Positions 26,957 through 40,200 of a DNA stretch of 64,000 nt are shown one piece after another. Position numbers and translations under genes: made by a program. Each line of letters starts with the position of its first letter. Within the stretch, counting starts at the first letter, position 1. The stretch is taken from the NCBI GenBank assembly GCA_051362555.1, contig CM120641.1, positions 8,680,001 through 8,744,000 of the forward strand, given 5' to 3'. Origin of the DNA: Lingula anatina. Lineage: Eukaryota; Animalia; Brachiopoda. The notes beneath the pieces were generated by a model. The model was not told where the DNA came from, did no database searches, and saw nothing but the letters and a program-made list of their open reading frames with translations.

Positions 26957-28230
26957 GACAGAGACTAAAAGACAGTTTATATTGTTACTAAAAATTTCTT
27001 ATCAAAAATTATAAAAAAAGTAAATTAGAGTTGTACATTTGAGTCAGGACGCACCTGAAAGTACCAATTCTTAATACTTGGGGTCCTGTTTCAAGATGAA
27101 AGAACCCAAGCACACTTAGATCGCTAACCTAAAATCTCTGAAAATGTTATAATCTATTAAAATGTATAACTGATGACACCCTTGTATCATTCTTTTGTTA
27201 ATTACGTACATAAAGATGCATATTCATATTTTTAATGAAAGCAGGGAAAAAATTAATTGATTAAAAGTGATATTTAATGTACTACGCGTACAGTAATGCC
27301 ATGTTGCAGGCTTGTATCACTTCAGTAATGCATTTAGCTAAAGCACCATTCTTCACAAAATCCTTCAAGGTTGACAAAGGATAAAAAACGCATTGTTCTT
27401 GCTTGTTGGTTTCTACCAATTACACAATTTTCATTACGTATTTATAAAATATTCTATTTATTTATATAACAATCATACATACACATTACTGAAGATAGTG
27501 TTTGGCTCTACCTAAATGAGAATACACATTTCTTTTAGAGTTATCAAACTTAATAAAATAACAGAACTTCTAACAAACCTCTTAAATATAATACTTTCAT
27601 TAACATTGACAACACTTGTCATCTATCACATTTTAACCTTTTTTAATGCTTAGAGCATATATTTAACAGAATACATATAATGTACTTAAAAATGGTTTGT
27701 TTTGTAAAATGATAATCAAATTTTTTAAAATATGCCCCATAAATGAGAAAGAAAAGCTTGTGAACTAAAATTAGAAGGACAAGCTTACTTATTGTTTACA
27801 GTCAATAAATATAAAACTTAACAAAAAATAGTGATGTAAACATTTATAAAACATTTTGTTTCCTTCTGCGTAAAAGTTTAGCTCTTAAAAACAATACATA
27901 CAATTATTATGAAGTATTCCTCTGTAAACTATTTTCATTTTAAATATTACATGGTAATTGTTTCCATGGTCAATTTGAATCTTAATAAAGAAATTTTACA
28001 ATTTGGCCATTTTCCTGCAAGGTTCAATTGTTGCATAAATCTAATTTTGACCAAACAAGCATTAGGCAAAAAGCTTTTCTGAGTCACTACATTACTTCAG
28101 ATTTAAGACAATCAAATTGTCTGACAAAAAAGCATGCAACACAACTTTTTTTTCCATTCAGAATTATTTACCAGCCATATGAACCTGCTAAAGAACCAGT
28201 CTTAGCCTTAATCTGCCAAGAACCAAACTT

Positions 28231-31200
28231 TCACATCTTTGTATTGAAATCGGTGGGATTATCAACCACTGATTGATTGATATATCCTTCCAAAGGTGTC
28301 CCCACAGGGCTTGTTGGTGGAGATCTGTGGCTAGAAGAAATGCTTCTTGTCCTGGAGTTTCTGCGGGAGATGCTGCGCCTACGCTCCCTCTCTTCCTCTT
28401 CAGGTGAAACATTGTCATCTCGCTGCTGTTTGGCAAAGCTGAGAAAGACCTGCTCTAGAGTGGACTGGCTGAAGCTGTATTCCTCAATACCAAGGCTGCC
28501 TTTGGCTAAATTAAAAGAGAGGAGCTTCAGTCACAGCCATACAAATGAACTATAAGCTTAAGCTTACAAAGTTTTAAAAAAAGAAAAAAATTAGGAGTGA
28601 GCTTTGTGGCAAGGTTTAGTAACACATATCAGATATCATTTAAGAGGGTCCCATTGGGTTTTTTTTTTGTTACCTGTTAAAGCCACTTTATTTCTCCCCC
28701 AAGTTGTGAAATGTTCATATCATTGTTCATATGTTCATAGCATGATCAGTAGAGCAACCCATTCCCGTGATTCGTGATTTTCAATGATATATGAATTTTT
28801 ATTTTTATTTACTGATATTTGTGAACTGATGATTTTATTTCTGGTGAACTGTGATCACTACCCCCCCTCCCGCATGAGACCTTCTTTTAACAGTATATCT
28901 ATATCAGAAATTGATAAAAATAATTTGGTTTAAAGAGTAGGCATTGACTAAAGTCGGCTATGTAAACTAAGAGAACGTTTTTAAATACATATTAATGTGA
29001 GATAAATTCCAATAACTATTTCAGGTTTGGGAATAAAAGTTATTGATGTACCTTCTTCAAGCTTTGAAAATGTTTTGGATAGTGACACAACACCCGTCTG
29101 AGGGATCTTATAGACTGTCCTCTCCCCAAAACTCTCAGCTTCTTCTGCAGTTGGGAACATGTTAATGACAAAATCTTTCAGCGCTTCTCTCTTTTCATCC
29201 ATTACTTCCATGGTATCACCATCCTCTGTCTTTAGCTTCACTTCAAGAACATAGCCACTGCCATATGTATGCTTCAGGTGTTGGGTTGTACCAAGACATC
29301 TTGTGACAATAAAATGAAAATCATATGATATTGTAAAAGAAAGAAAGGAAAGATTTACCTTTATTAAAATTAGATCTAAACATGTGGCACTGCTTTATTT
29401 GTGCACAAGACTATAAGTTGAAGAAAGACAGTACCTCATCATACATGAATCAACAGAGGTACTTGATGTCAACCAACAAATATACTGGCATGCATGCATT
29501 TTCATAAAACCATTGTTGGCATCTTAAGTACAAAGGCCTTGACAAGTAAAATAGTGCAACTTGCTATCCGTAACTTCATATTCATAATGCACTAATTTAT
29601 ATTTTACTGGAAAAGAAAAATAGTTGACCGTGATTTAATTATAATTATTAATAAAATCCACTATTAAAGGGATAATAACTTTTCGTTTTGGCCAAAAAAT
29701 GAATTTTCCTGGAGTAAACAACAATTTTCCCATACTTACCGATGGTTAATGAATCCATTTTAACATTCAAAGTTAGTCCCTGGTTTTTTTCTAAAAAGTT
29801 TGTTTTTTTGTGAAAATCTCTTAAGAGATTACAACAGAGTATAGCCATCAATGGAGGTCATGTGATCTGAAGACAAGCTCAGATATCAGAATAATAGCTA
29901 TAACTGCTGTTTTCGTCGTAAAACAGAATATATTATATTTCTATGAGTTATTCACAATGTTTTTATTGTGAAATATAGATTTCATACGAAGAGTTATTAT
30001 CCCTTTAAGTGACTTACTTGACCTCCCCATTGACCATGATGGCCAAACGAGAGCAGAGGGCATCAGCTTCCTCCATGTAGTGTGTGGTCAGTATAGCTCC
30101 CCTCCTGTCCCCCTGGAATCTGTTGCTTATAACATCCCTAATACAAAAGATTCATTTACAAACATATTTAAAACTTTTATATATTACTGTACTATTTGAT
30201 TTCACCTGATTGACATCCACATGTGGTTTTGTATATAATTATATATGCATAACTAGAGATGTGGATATGAAGTTCCACAAACAATCTGTTCTGATATTTT
30301 TGTTTCACTTGACTTACAGAAATTTATGGTGTGTAAGATTGAATTTTTCCAAAAGATATACTTTGCAAAGACAAAAACCTTAGAGTTCTCAATATATCAA
30401 AACATTATTAGAAAGATCAAGTATAAAATATACTGCATGCCATACCACAAAAACCTCTTGGACTTGGGATCCATTCCTGTAGATGGCTCATCCAGTAACA
30501 CTGCTTTTGACTCCCCAAGCATGCACATTGCAAAACTCAACTAGAAAACCAAACTTTTCAATTTGTAGACATTTAATTTGCCTTTGCTGCAGACACAAGA
30601 CAGGATAAATTAAAATGGTTCAAGAAACTCCCCCAGTAAACTCAATAAGTAAACTTGAACAATTAGAAAGAGACTCTCCCAATGCCTTTATACATATAAC
30701 TCTTACAAATGTGTGGTCTGAATTAAAGATTGAGCAATAAGTAAAAGATATGTTAATGTACCTTTCTCTTTGTTCCACCAGAAAGCTGTCTGGCTTGTTT
30801 ATCAGCATGCTCTTCAATCTTCAATGCTTGAAGATACCTAGAAAAATTTTTTTTCAATCACTGTATTTGCTTTCATTCTTTCATAGTACATGTAGGTCAT
30901 CATAGTACATTCAGTAGATTTATATTATCATATGCAGCAAGTCTATTTCCTCTGTTCCAAAGTGTGGTGCATCATTTTCAGTGCTGTGCTTAGCATCAGG
31001 AGAGAGCATATTTTGCTGCCTGTGGTCAGGATTAACAGACAGCTCCCAGAGATACAGGGAAAGGTAAAGCCAAATGGCATTTGAACATACCTTTAACCAG
31101 ATCTCAAACCAATATATAGCCATAATGTTTAGTACTTATAAGTCTAAGCTACATAATTTTATGTAGTAAGTAGTGCAGTCAATTTTACTTGGAGCGTCTT

Positions 31201-34200
31201 TCAACATCTTTCAACACTGATCAATAAAAAAACAAACTGACCAATAAAAAATAAAATATGTAACCTTTCAGCAATATATTTAATATCCTTATCTGGAATT
31301 CCCCTGCATGCAGCATAACACTCCAGATGTTCTCTTGGGGTGATGTAGTCCCACAGTGCATCATGCTGAGGGCAGTAGCCCATAGCTCTAAATGCATCAG
31401 AAATGCTGGATTTAATGTCGGTGCCTGCTACAGTCACCTGCATTGTGAAAGGAAAATGTAAGTCTAAAAATTGTTTTATACCAAAAATTCTAGAGAAACT
31501 TAAATGAACATCAAGAACTATTGATGGTACACCCATGTGTAAAGTAGTGCGTGATCAGTGACCATGCAATCTTTTTCCATTTACTTTGATAACAGAAAAC
31601 TGTACTAAAGTTCATTTTATAATGAATGAACCAAAGAAACTCAATACAAAAGGTTACAATCTGAATTATTATGCTCACAAATAATTTTCATAATTGTGCA
31701 ATCTGAATTATTATGTTCACAAATAATTTTCATAATTGTACTTTGATAAACCGAGAACAAGTTAATTACCAAGGAAATATAATTTGACTGTAATGAAAAC
31801 CATAAACCAATATGTTACCTTTCCTTTGGTTGGGCAGGTCTCAGCAATTATCATGTTTAATGTGGTAGTTTTACCAGCCCCATTTGGCCCAAGTAATCCA
31901 AACACCTCCCCAGCTTCCACAGCAAATGAAGCATTTCTCACTGCCACCCGTTTTCTCTCCTCTTTTTTCCCTTTTTTCTTGGCAGCTTTCTTGTCCCTTC
32001 TCAGAAATTCTTTTCTCAAGTTTTTCACCATGACAACAGGAACCTGATTTTTAATGAAAAAGTAGTTTTAACCTTTTTTTTTCAAATGTGAATTTAACTG
32101 CATTACTAAAATAATTGGTCCCCATTAAGGTTTTGCAAACATACAGACTAAATGGAAATTTAAAATATATAATTGAGAGCAACTGTTGAGGTAAAGGACA
32201 ATGTATATCCAATGTAATGCCACTGAAGTATTTTGTTCAATCTTTGATTCTCACAATGCACAATTCTTACTGCTACTGGGTAGTCATCCATTCAAATTCT
32301 CAAGATTACAATACCTTTCTACTGTCACTAATTCTCCAGTTCTCAACTCTGTCTCTCTCCTCCAAGACATCACTGTTCTCTCCCCTGATAACATCATCAT
32401 TTTCCTCTGGGACATTGGCAACTATGGGTCCCTCTTTCCCCCCACACTTGATGGCTTCCACTACACTACCACCTGTACTTTTCACATCCAATACCCGAAG
32501 CAATATGAACAATATAAAAAGGTGCGCAATGGGCTGAAATGATAAACATCCGAGTTCAATTATCTATTTCAATTTATCAATACCTGAACAATCTAGTGTA
32601 TAAGGTGCCATTCATTGTTTGGCATGTGCACTACTACATAAATGTACTAGTACATAGAAAATGCCAATTGGCTGAAACAAAAGCTGACATTGTAAACTCT
32701 TAATATTTGGTATCAATACAATTAGTAATAAATTTTAATTGTTTTCAAAGGATTAAAAATATTTTTCTGTAAAGTATAACTTCATACTGGAGCTTTGGAA
32801 AAAAAAAAAACAAGCTATGATGTAAAGAGTTAAAGTCTACTTCAGTCTACATCAGTTTCTCTACATTTGTTTCCCTAAAGAGGGTTTTAAAAATTACTAT
32901 TTATTTATCTAAATGGCTAACTCACCAACAACCAAGAGGGTAAAACATATTTATTCCAGTCAAAGTAATATGAAAAGGGTACATCCCCAGCCTCTGCTAA
33001 CAGGACATGAGTTCTGTGAATCTGAAGGGTAATGTAAAATGTCAATATCAATTGAAAATATGATTTGATTATTTCAAAATCTTCAAAAAGATACATGTGC
33101 ATGTAATCAATTCCAGACTAATTATTATTTCACGTTTTGCAACTTTGAATATGCAGTTATAATTAGGGCTCTTCATTCTTGGGTTCATTTATCAATGAAG
33201 ACATATTTAATTGGTATTATTCAGATAATTTGGTAATGTGAAGGTTGCATTTTTTTAGTGTGTATATTTCCAATAAACTCTTCTCTTAATGCATCTTTAA
33301 GCCTAGAAATCAAAAATTTATTTTCTACACATATATTTTTACATTGTAAACTAAATCCTTTTTCACTGTAGTTCCACTTTTTTGGCAAAACATTATCTGT
33401 ACCTTTTCTATGTAGTGCAAGCCTCCCATGATGAAGTATGGAGGACTGACTGCTGTGCAGATCAAATGAACTATCCCTGCAGCATCCTCCTGATTACTAC
33501 CATCTAATATAGCCACAGCCATATAGGGTAACAGAGAGGTCTGGAAAATGTGTTTTTCTTGTTATGAATACTAGGGATATGATTTTTTTGATTATACTAC
33601 AAGTTTTTTTTAAATACTAAAATGGGTCTTGTAAATAGAGAATAAACAAAGCAATATGGGGAAACAGTCACTGTGGTAAAAAGTATTTGTCTGGTCATTA
33701 GTTAAAGTTTATACTAAATGCTCATCCATTGCAAATTAGATTTTACTGATGATTGCAATGGACAGAAGAGAAAACATTTAAACAAATATTATTAACAAAT
33801 AAAATGATATCTTGTGAAAATTTAGATAACCATGCTAGTATATGGTGAAGACTATCAAAACAAATCTTTTTAATAAGAAATAAAGAGTGTGCAACTACTA
33901 CAAAACATATTAATCTGCACTGGTTGTCAAATACTTGTGGTAAAAAAAAAAAAAAAATCAAAAAGTACTTACAAATATAAAGACATTTGGCATGAAGGCC
34001 ATGGCATTCTCATATTTGGTGAAAGCAAATGACCACACATAGGAGTACATGATGTTTATCGGCATGAACAACACATATAAGATAATTAGGCTCACTATAG
34101 CTCCAGGAACAAGTAGGGATTCAACCTAAAAATTTAAACAAAATATTGGACTGTGCTTTTCTTGTTTTTTAACTGGGATACTTATATTACCAACGAATAA

Positions 34201-37200
34201 GATAAAAAAAATATTCATTTAATCACATGACATGGTTAATGAAAATATCAAATACTGTTTTTATTGCCATGCCTAAATTGGTAACTTTAATCTGAAATAT
34301 TTAACCATGTCCCTTGGCAATGATGCAGTTGGATTTGATCACTCCACAGAAGTAGAGAATTCTCTATTTCTATGATCAGCCTTATATAATGTTAGAGACA
34401 AAATATTAATCACATTTGATTCTTTACCTGAAACGCCAGTATAATAATGATAGAGAGAACAGGCACCACTGCAAACTGAACTATATCTACCAGAAACATG
34501 CTTCCCCAGTAGATATTCAATGTTATTCCTGATATCCTCAGCTGACTTCTAGACTTGAACTGAAATATAGTTTGCATATAAAATTAACCTGCTGCTGTTG
34601 AAAAACAATAAAAAATAGAAAAGCACTCAGAGAGAACAGACTTCTGCCAAGGTAACTCAGTTTTAATTATCATTAATTGTTTATTTATTAGTTCTTTATT
34701 TAATTAATGAACCAATTAAATTAATTCCCAGTATTATCAATTATTACTTAATCAACAAATCCATTATAAAAATTTTAAATTTTAGTTAATTAATTAATTT
34801 GTCTATTTATTAATTGGTTGATTAACTGACTATCAATTGCCAGCAAAATCTGGCTCATTTTATACTTAATTAACTAATAATTGATAATTAGTTAATGAAC
34901 TTATTAATTGATCACCACCAAAGTCTAGCCAGATGATTAAGATGACTAAAATACAACAATAACAGCAGTTATCAGTTTTAAACTAAAATAACTTTGATGA
35001 AAATTCAGCTGAAAAATTTATTTATATCATTACTATATAATATCATATACCAAATAAAATACTAAATGAACAATTTAAAAATAACATAATATAAAAAATC
35101 TTTGGGACCAGGCCCTGGGTGACATTCTGCACAGACAGCTGCCACCACGTGACACCAGTGACAGCTCAAAATCAGTTCAGGTGAAGAAGGTCTTGAGGTA
35201 ACGTCAAAATGTAAGGATCTCTATTTCAACCTAAGATCCCGTGATATTTTTTAAAATTATCTTAGTATAATATTACTGGATGAATCAAAACTTTCACTTT
35301 GATATAAAACAAGGAATACTCCAAATCCCTATAAAAGACAAACAGTGAGCACAAAATTCTTACCTGTCGCTCCTTTACCAATTCCCCTGCAAATCCTGGG
35401 GCAACCATTACCATGCCCATGCCTATTAAAATAATGGCAGAAAATGCACCAGAGTCAAACACAATGGTTGGATTAATACTAGGCCAGGGAAGATTGGTTG
35501 TGTTTATGGTGGCATTGACGTTGGCTGGAAACCTTGTCATCTTTAGAACCATACTGTCTATGGTTCCAATAAGGGCAGGCAGTGAATGGATGGCTGTATC
35601 ATTGTATATTACAGTGAAGTTTCTCTGGAATCAAAAAGATGTAGGAGGTCAATGGGACATAATAGAAAAATTTGCAGTGTATGTATCCAGGGGCGGATTG
35701 AGGCTGTCTTTTGGGTCTTCCAGAAGACGGTCAAATTTCTAAGTTTACATTGATGAGTACCTACTATTTTCTGTCGGAAGATGGTCAAAAGATGGAGGGT
35801 GGATCACCAAAGATAATGTGGAAGACTGTCAGAAAATATCTCTGGATCCGCCCCTGTGTATCTACTGGATAAACAGCATGGAACACTATTCAAAAGCTGC
35901 GAGGCTTTTATCTCTGACATAAAATCCACAAATTAATCTTCCGTGAAAGGCTGGTATCAGGGGAATGAATTAAATCTCCCATTACAGGAGGTCACAATAT
36001 GTTTATAATGTCTTCTTAATTTGCACAAACAACAATGGTCAGTGTTTAGAAGGTAAAAAGGTATTTTTCTGGGGTAAGGGTGGAGCAGATTAGGCGTTTG
36101 ACCATTTCTTTGCTGGGGACCCAGTGGTTTACTGTTTGTGATGGGGGGGGGGGGGCACTTACCATTCCAGAGACAGACTGGTTGACCCACTGGTTGATCC
36201 TTATACCCATATTATGTGGTCTAGCATCAATAAGATTTGTGGAGGAATTTATCTTTTCAAACTGCAGGCCTTGTGCCTGGAGCAGGCACACATTCAATAT
36301 GATGTCTGTAGTTGCTGTAATAAAAGATTATTATCAACATCCAAGGAATTTTTCTTAATTTTGATAAAACATTACCTGTCTCACCAAAGCAAGAAATATA
36401 TCACATATTATTAAAGTTTAAACAAAAAACAGGAAATGAAAATAAGATTATCTTGCTCTCCTTAATCAGTCAACTAAAATAGTACTGCTGGGAAAGAACT
36501 AACCATGACAAGAATGCAGGCCATTGAAGGTTATTATTTACTTATGACTATTTACCATATTCAATTCAACAGCAATCAATGTGATTTGACCAATAATTCC
36601 CACTTACCAAAGCCATTTTCATCAATGTAGTACATGAGAGGTGCATTTCTATTTATGTTATTCTTGGTGTAGATATATTTAGCATCTGACACACTGAGTG
36701 GTTTTGGCGTCAAATCTGGATTCACTGAAACATACTTGGATAGAACTAATCCAATCACAATAAAAGTTATGGGTAAAAACAACTGGAAGATGATTGCCAA
36801 TTTGTTCCTTATTTTCTTCAATACACCAACCATGCACAGTGCTTTGATCTGCTGCTTCAATGACACTGTGAGTGAGCCATGGTTGCCAACAAGAGACAAT
36901 GCTTCTTCTCTAGTCAATTTGGACTCATCATCATCATCAACTGGGGCGACTTGGTTGTTGGAGCTGCTCTTCGTGTATTCATCTATGGCTTTTAGCTCTT
37001 CTTCCTCTTCACCTAACAAGGACAAAATTTTTAATGGAATGGCAAAGTTTAGGTATACTCTACATTCTGAGCCAGAATGCCAAATGGACCAGTAGATTTC
37101 ATTTTGAGTATGTGTTACTGCCTGGGGCCTCAAATAAAAATAGAAATCTTTAAAGTTTTAATGAAGACTAGTTTTGATGTGATGGTTACAAATTCTAATT

Positions 37201-40200
37201 TTTCAATTAATACTGTAATGTCAGGGCCAATCACGCTTGCTCTGAAACTCTTAAATTCACCAAAAATAAAAACTTTACATTTGATTATCTGTTTCACAAA
37301 CCCACCTAATTTCAAGAAAACCTCCTCTAATGTTGTCATAGAAACACCATAACTTGTTATCCCCAATGCATCTCCCATGCTTATGCTACTCCCCTCATGT
37401 GGATTTTCTAGTGCAGCAAACAAATCTACAAATACAATACATCAAATACAAGATCTAACAAAGCTGTGTGCCAAGTCTAAATTTACGTACTAGTAATCGT
37501 AATGAATAAAAGTCAATATTAAATATTCTGATGGTTTTGTTGCATAATACCTAATTCATTCACAACTTACAACTTAATGACAGTGTACTCTTGCCTATTC
37601 TTTGAATTTTGTGTTTTGAACTTCATCTTTTTTTCATTTTTCTTTTGAATGAGCGTAAAATACTTAATCTTCCAATTGCAATTTAAACAATTCTAGGTGG
37701 AAAAAATTAGGAAGCAATCACCACATTTACCTGGAAATTTGTTCACGCTCTCTAATGGTAGTGTGTATGCTAGTTCACGTCCGTGAGTTCTTCCCACCTT
37801 GGCATCTGGCACATAGGTGCTCACCAGAGAGTTTACCTGCATGGCATCTGTGTCTGGTTGCACTACCATCCTTAAATAATATTGTACTGGCATTACAACA
37901 GCAATTGTTAAACTATATATCTGAATATCTCCAATCTGAATTTTTACAAAGATCTTGTACCCCTGTATATATGTATGTATACCCCAATAATCTAAGGCAT
38001 AATATGTTTTTATATTACCCAAAGCCAGTTAATTCATGAATCCAATTCCTTCCAACAGTAAATTTTGTATTTTCTTACACTGCATACAAATAGCAGTTAC
38101 AAAAATGTTAAACGGGAGTGTTAGAGTACTATCATTATGACAAACACATTTAAGGTTAGGAAATTGTACATGTATATATTACATGTATATTGTACTTACT
38201 GCAGATGGTATCCAATACCAAATCTGTTCTTCAAAAACAATGAAGAACCATAGCATTTCAATCGTCCTTTGCTAATTATTGCTTTGCGATCTGAAATAAG
38301 AAATTCAAGACTGCAATCTTAAAAAAAAAAATGTAAACACCAAAACAAAAACCTAACAGATCAGCGGATCAAATACGGCGAACCAAATTGAACACTGAAT
38401 AGGTTCATTGTGGGGTTTATGCACCAAGCTTTTAAGTGGGTCTGCCACTTTTGTTTTGTGGTTCTGTTTGTCTACAGATCAACTTTGCTTGTGAATGCAG
38501 CCTTATTCACACATATCATCAATAACGAGTTTCATGTATTTGAAAAAAAGAAAAATATTACATATATTACAATAATATTACATATATACAATAAGAATCA
38601 GAATATCTCCCCAAAAAAAAGGGATGTAAACCCCATTTATTCATAAATCTTGAAACAGCACAATTTGAGTGCTTACCAGCTAGAATGTCTGCCTCATCCA
38701 TGAAATGTGTTGTGAGAAGAATGACTTTCCCAGCCTGCCTCTGTTTTAGTAATGTCCACAGATGGCGCCTTGAGTAAGGGTCCATTCCTGCTGTTGGTTC
38801 ATCAAGAAATATGAACTGTAAATAAGCAAAAAATAAGAAATATAAATGATTATAATGAATGATAAATATAAATAAAGATAAATTTATGTTTACTTATGTA
38901 AGAAATATGAACTGTATATGTGTAAGATTGAAAACAAAAAAAAATGCATTAAGTTGATGTGTATTGTTGGTGTTCAGTTCTCATGTGTGAAATAAGGTGA
39001 TAAATAATACAAGTGATGCAAGAGTCAGATTATACAAGTGATGCAAGAGTCAGATTACAGTATTAGATAAAAAGTAAAAAATATGTATGAATTTAAATAA
39101 GAGAAACAATTCAAGATACCAGTAGATATATGGGTATCTCTTCAACCCACCACTGCTATTTTACCTTTGGATCCCCAATAAGAGCTATAGCTACAGATAG
39201 CTTCCTCTTCTGGCCTCCACTCAGCTCTTCTGAAAATGTCTTCTCTTGGTCTTCAAGATCCACTTCTTGCAGTGCTTTGGTGATCTAGGTTTAAAAAGTG
39301 TATATCAATATACAGGGCAGAGTTTTGCTGGCAATTTTTTGGTTTCAAAAAAAGTACCAAAAAAAAATCTGTCCCAAACCTTTATTTTGTTAACAGAACA
39401 CTGTTTAATCTTAATTTTTTTACTGATAATTTCATTCAAAATGAATTGTGAAATCTTGTGAGCTGCAAAACCAAAGGCATTCAGTGTCATGTATTTTACA
39501 CTGGACCACTGATGTATTATACAAGTAATTATTACCAAAACCACAAAAGATTTCACCTCATTATCCAACCTATCCTTGGGCACTCCCTTCAAGTTGCCAA
39601 AGAACTCAAGATGTTCTCTACATGATAGCTTGTCAAAGAGGATGTCATGCTGTGGACAGACTCCTGTCATCTCTCGGATCTGATCCATGTCATTTACATC
39701 AGTAACATCCTTAAATTAAAAGGAGGTGAGATAGCTTCTTAGCTGCCATCTCAACTGACAATGTCTAAGTTAGGCTAAAAGTTAATCCCTCAACTGCCCA
39801 TAAAAACTTTTTTTCAGTTATGAATTTACTTATTACTCAATCAGTAGTATTTAAGGTTAAAGAGGGCTTCTTCTTTTAATCTGTTGTTTTCATCACAATT
39901 CCTTACACAAGTTTAGTAAGAACAGTTGTAAAGACTATCTCATCTACCTATATCAACAATATATTAGTTTTTGTTTAAAATTAATGTAAATCTGAAGTCA
40001 TATTTTTACCTGAATCATAATTCCCATCATCAAGTCTATCTGATATAACTTTCATTAAATATGTACTCAATTATTACTCAAAAACTAAGTTACCAAGCCA
40101 AGTATGTATGCTGATCCACTTGTGGTTGGTGTCAAACCAGTCAGCATATTGATCAGGGTTGTTTTTCCAGCTCCATTGTGGCCCAGCACTGCTGTGATTT

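Larger units (their letters stand above)
29224..35993. repeat. Segment B native copy (inside the intact ABCA gene)
   Basis: Both flanks continue the ABCA exon chain in frame, so this is the source copy. Confidence 0.97.

Noticed and set aside
30900-31120. Slightly GC-richer intronic patch in ABCA intron 24 as a possible snoRNA or hidden exon
   Set aside because: No clear C/D or H/ACA boxes, and the flanking exons already join in frame.
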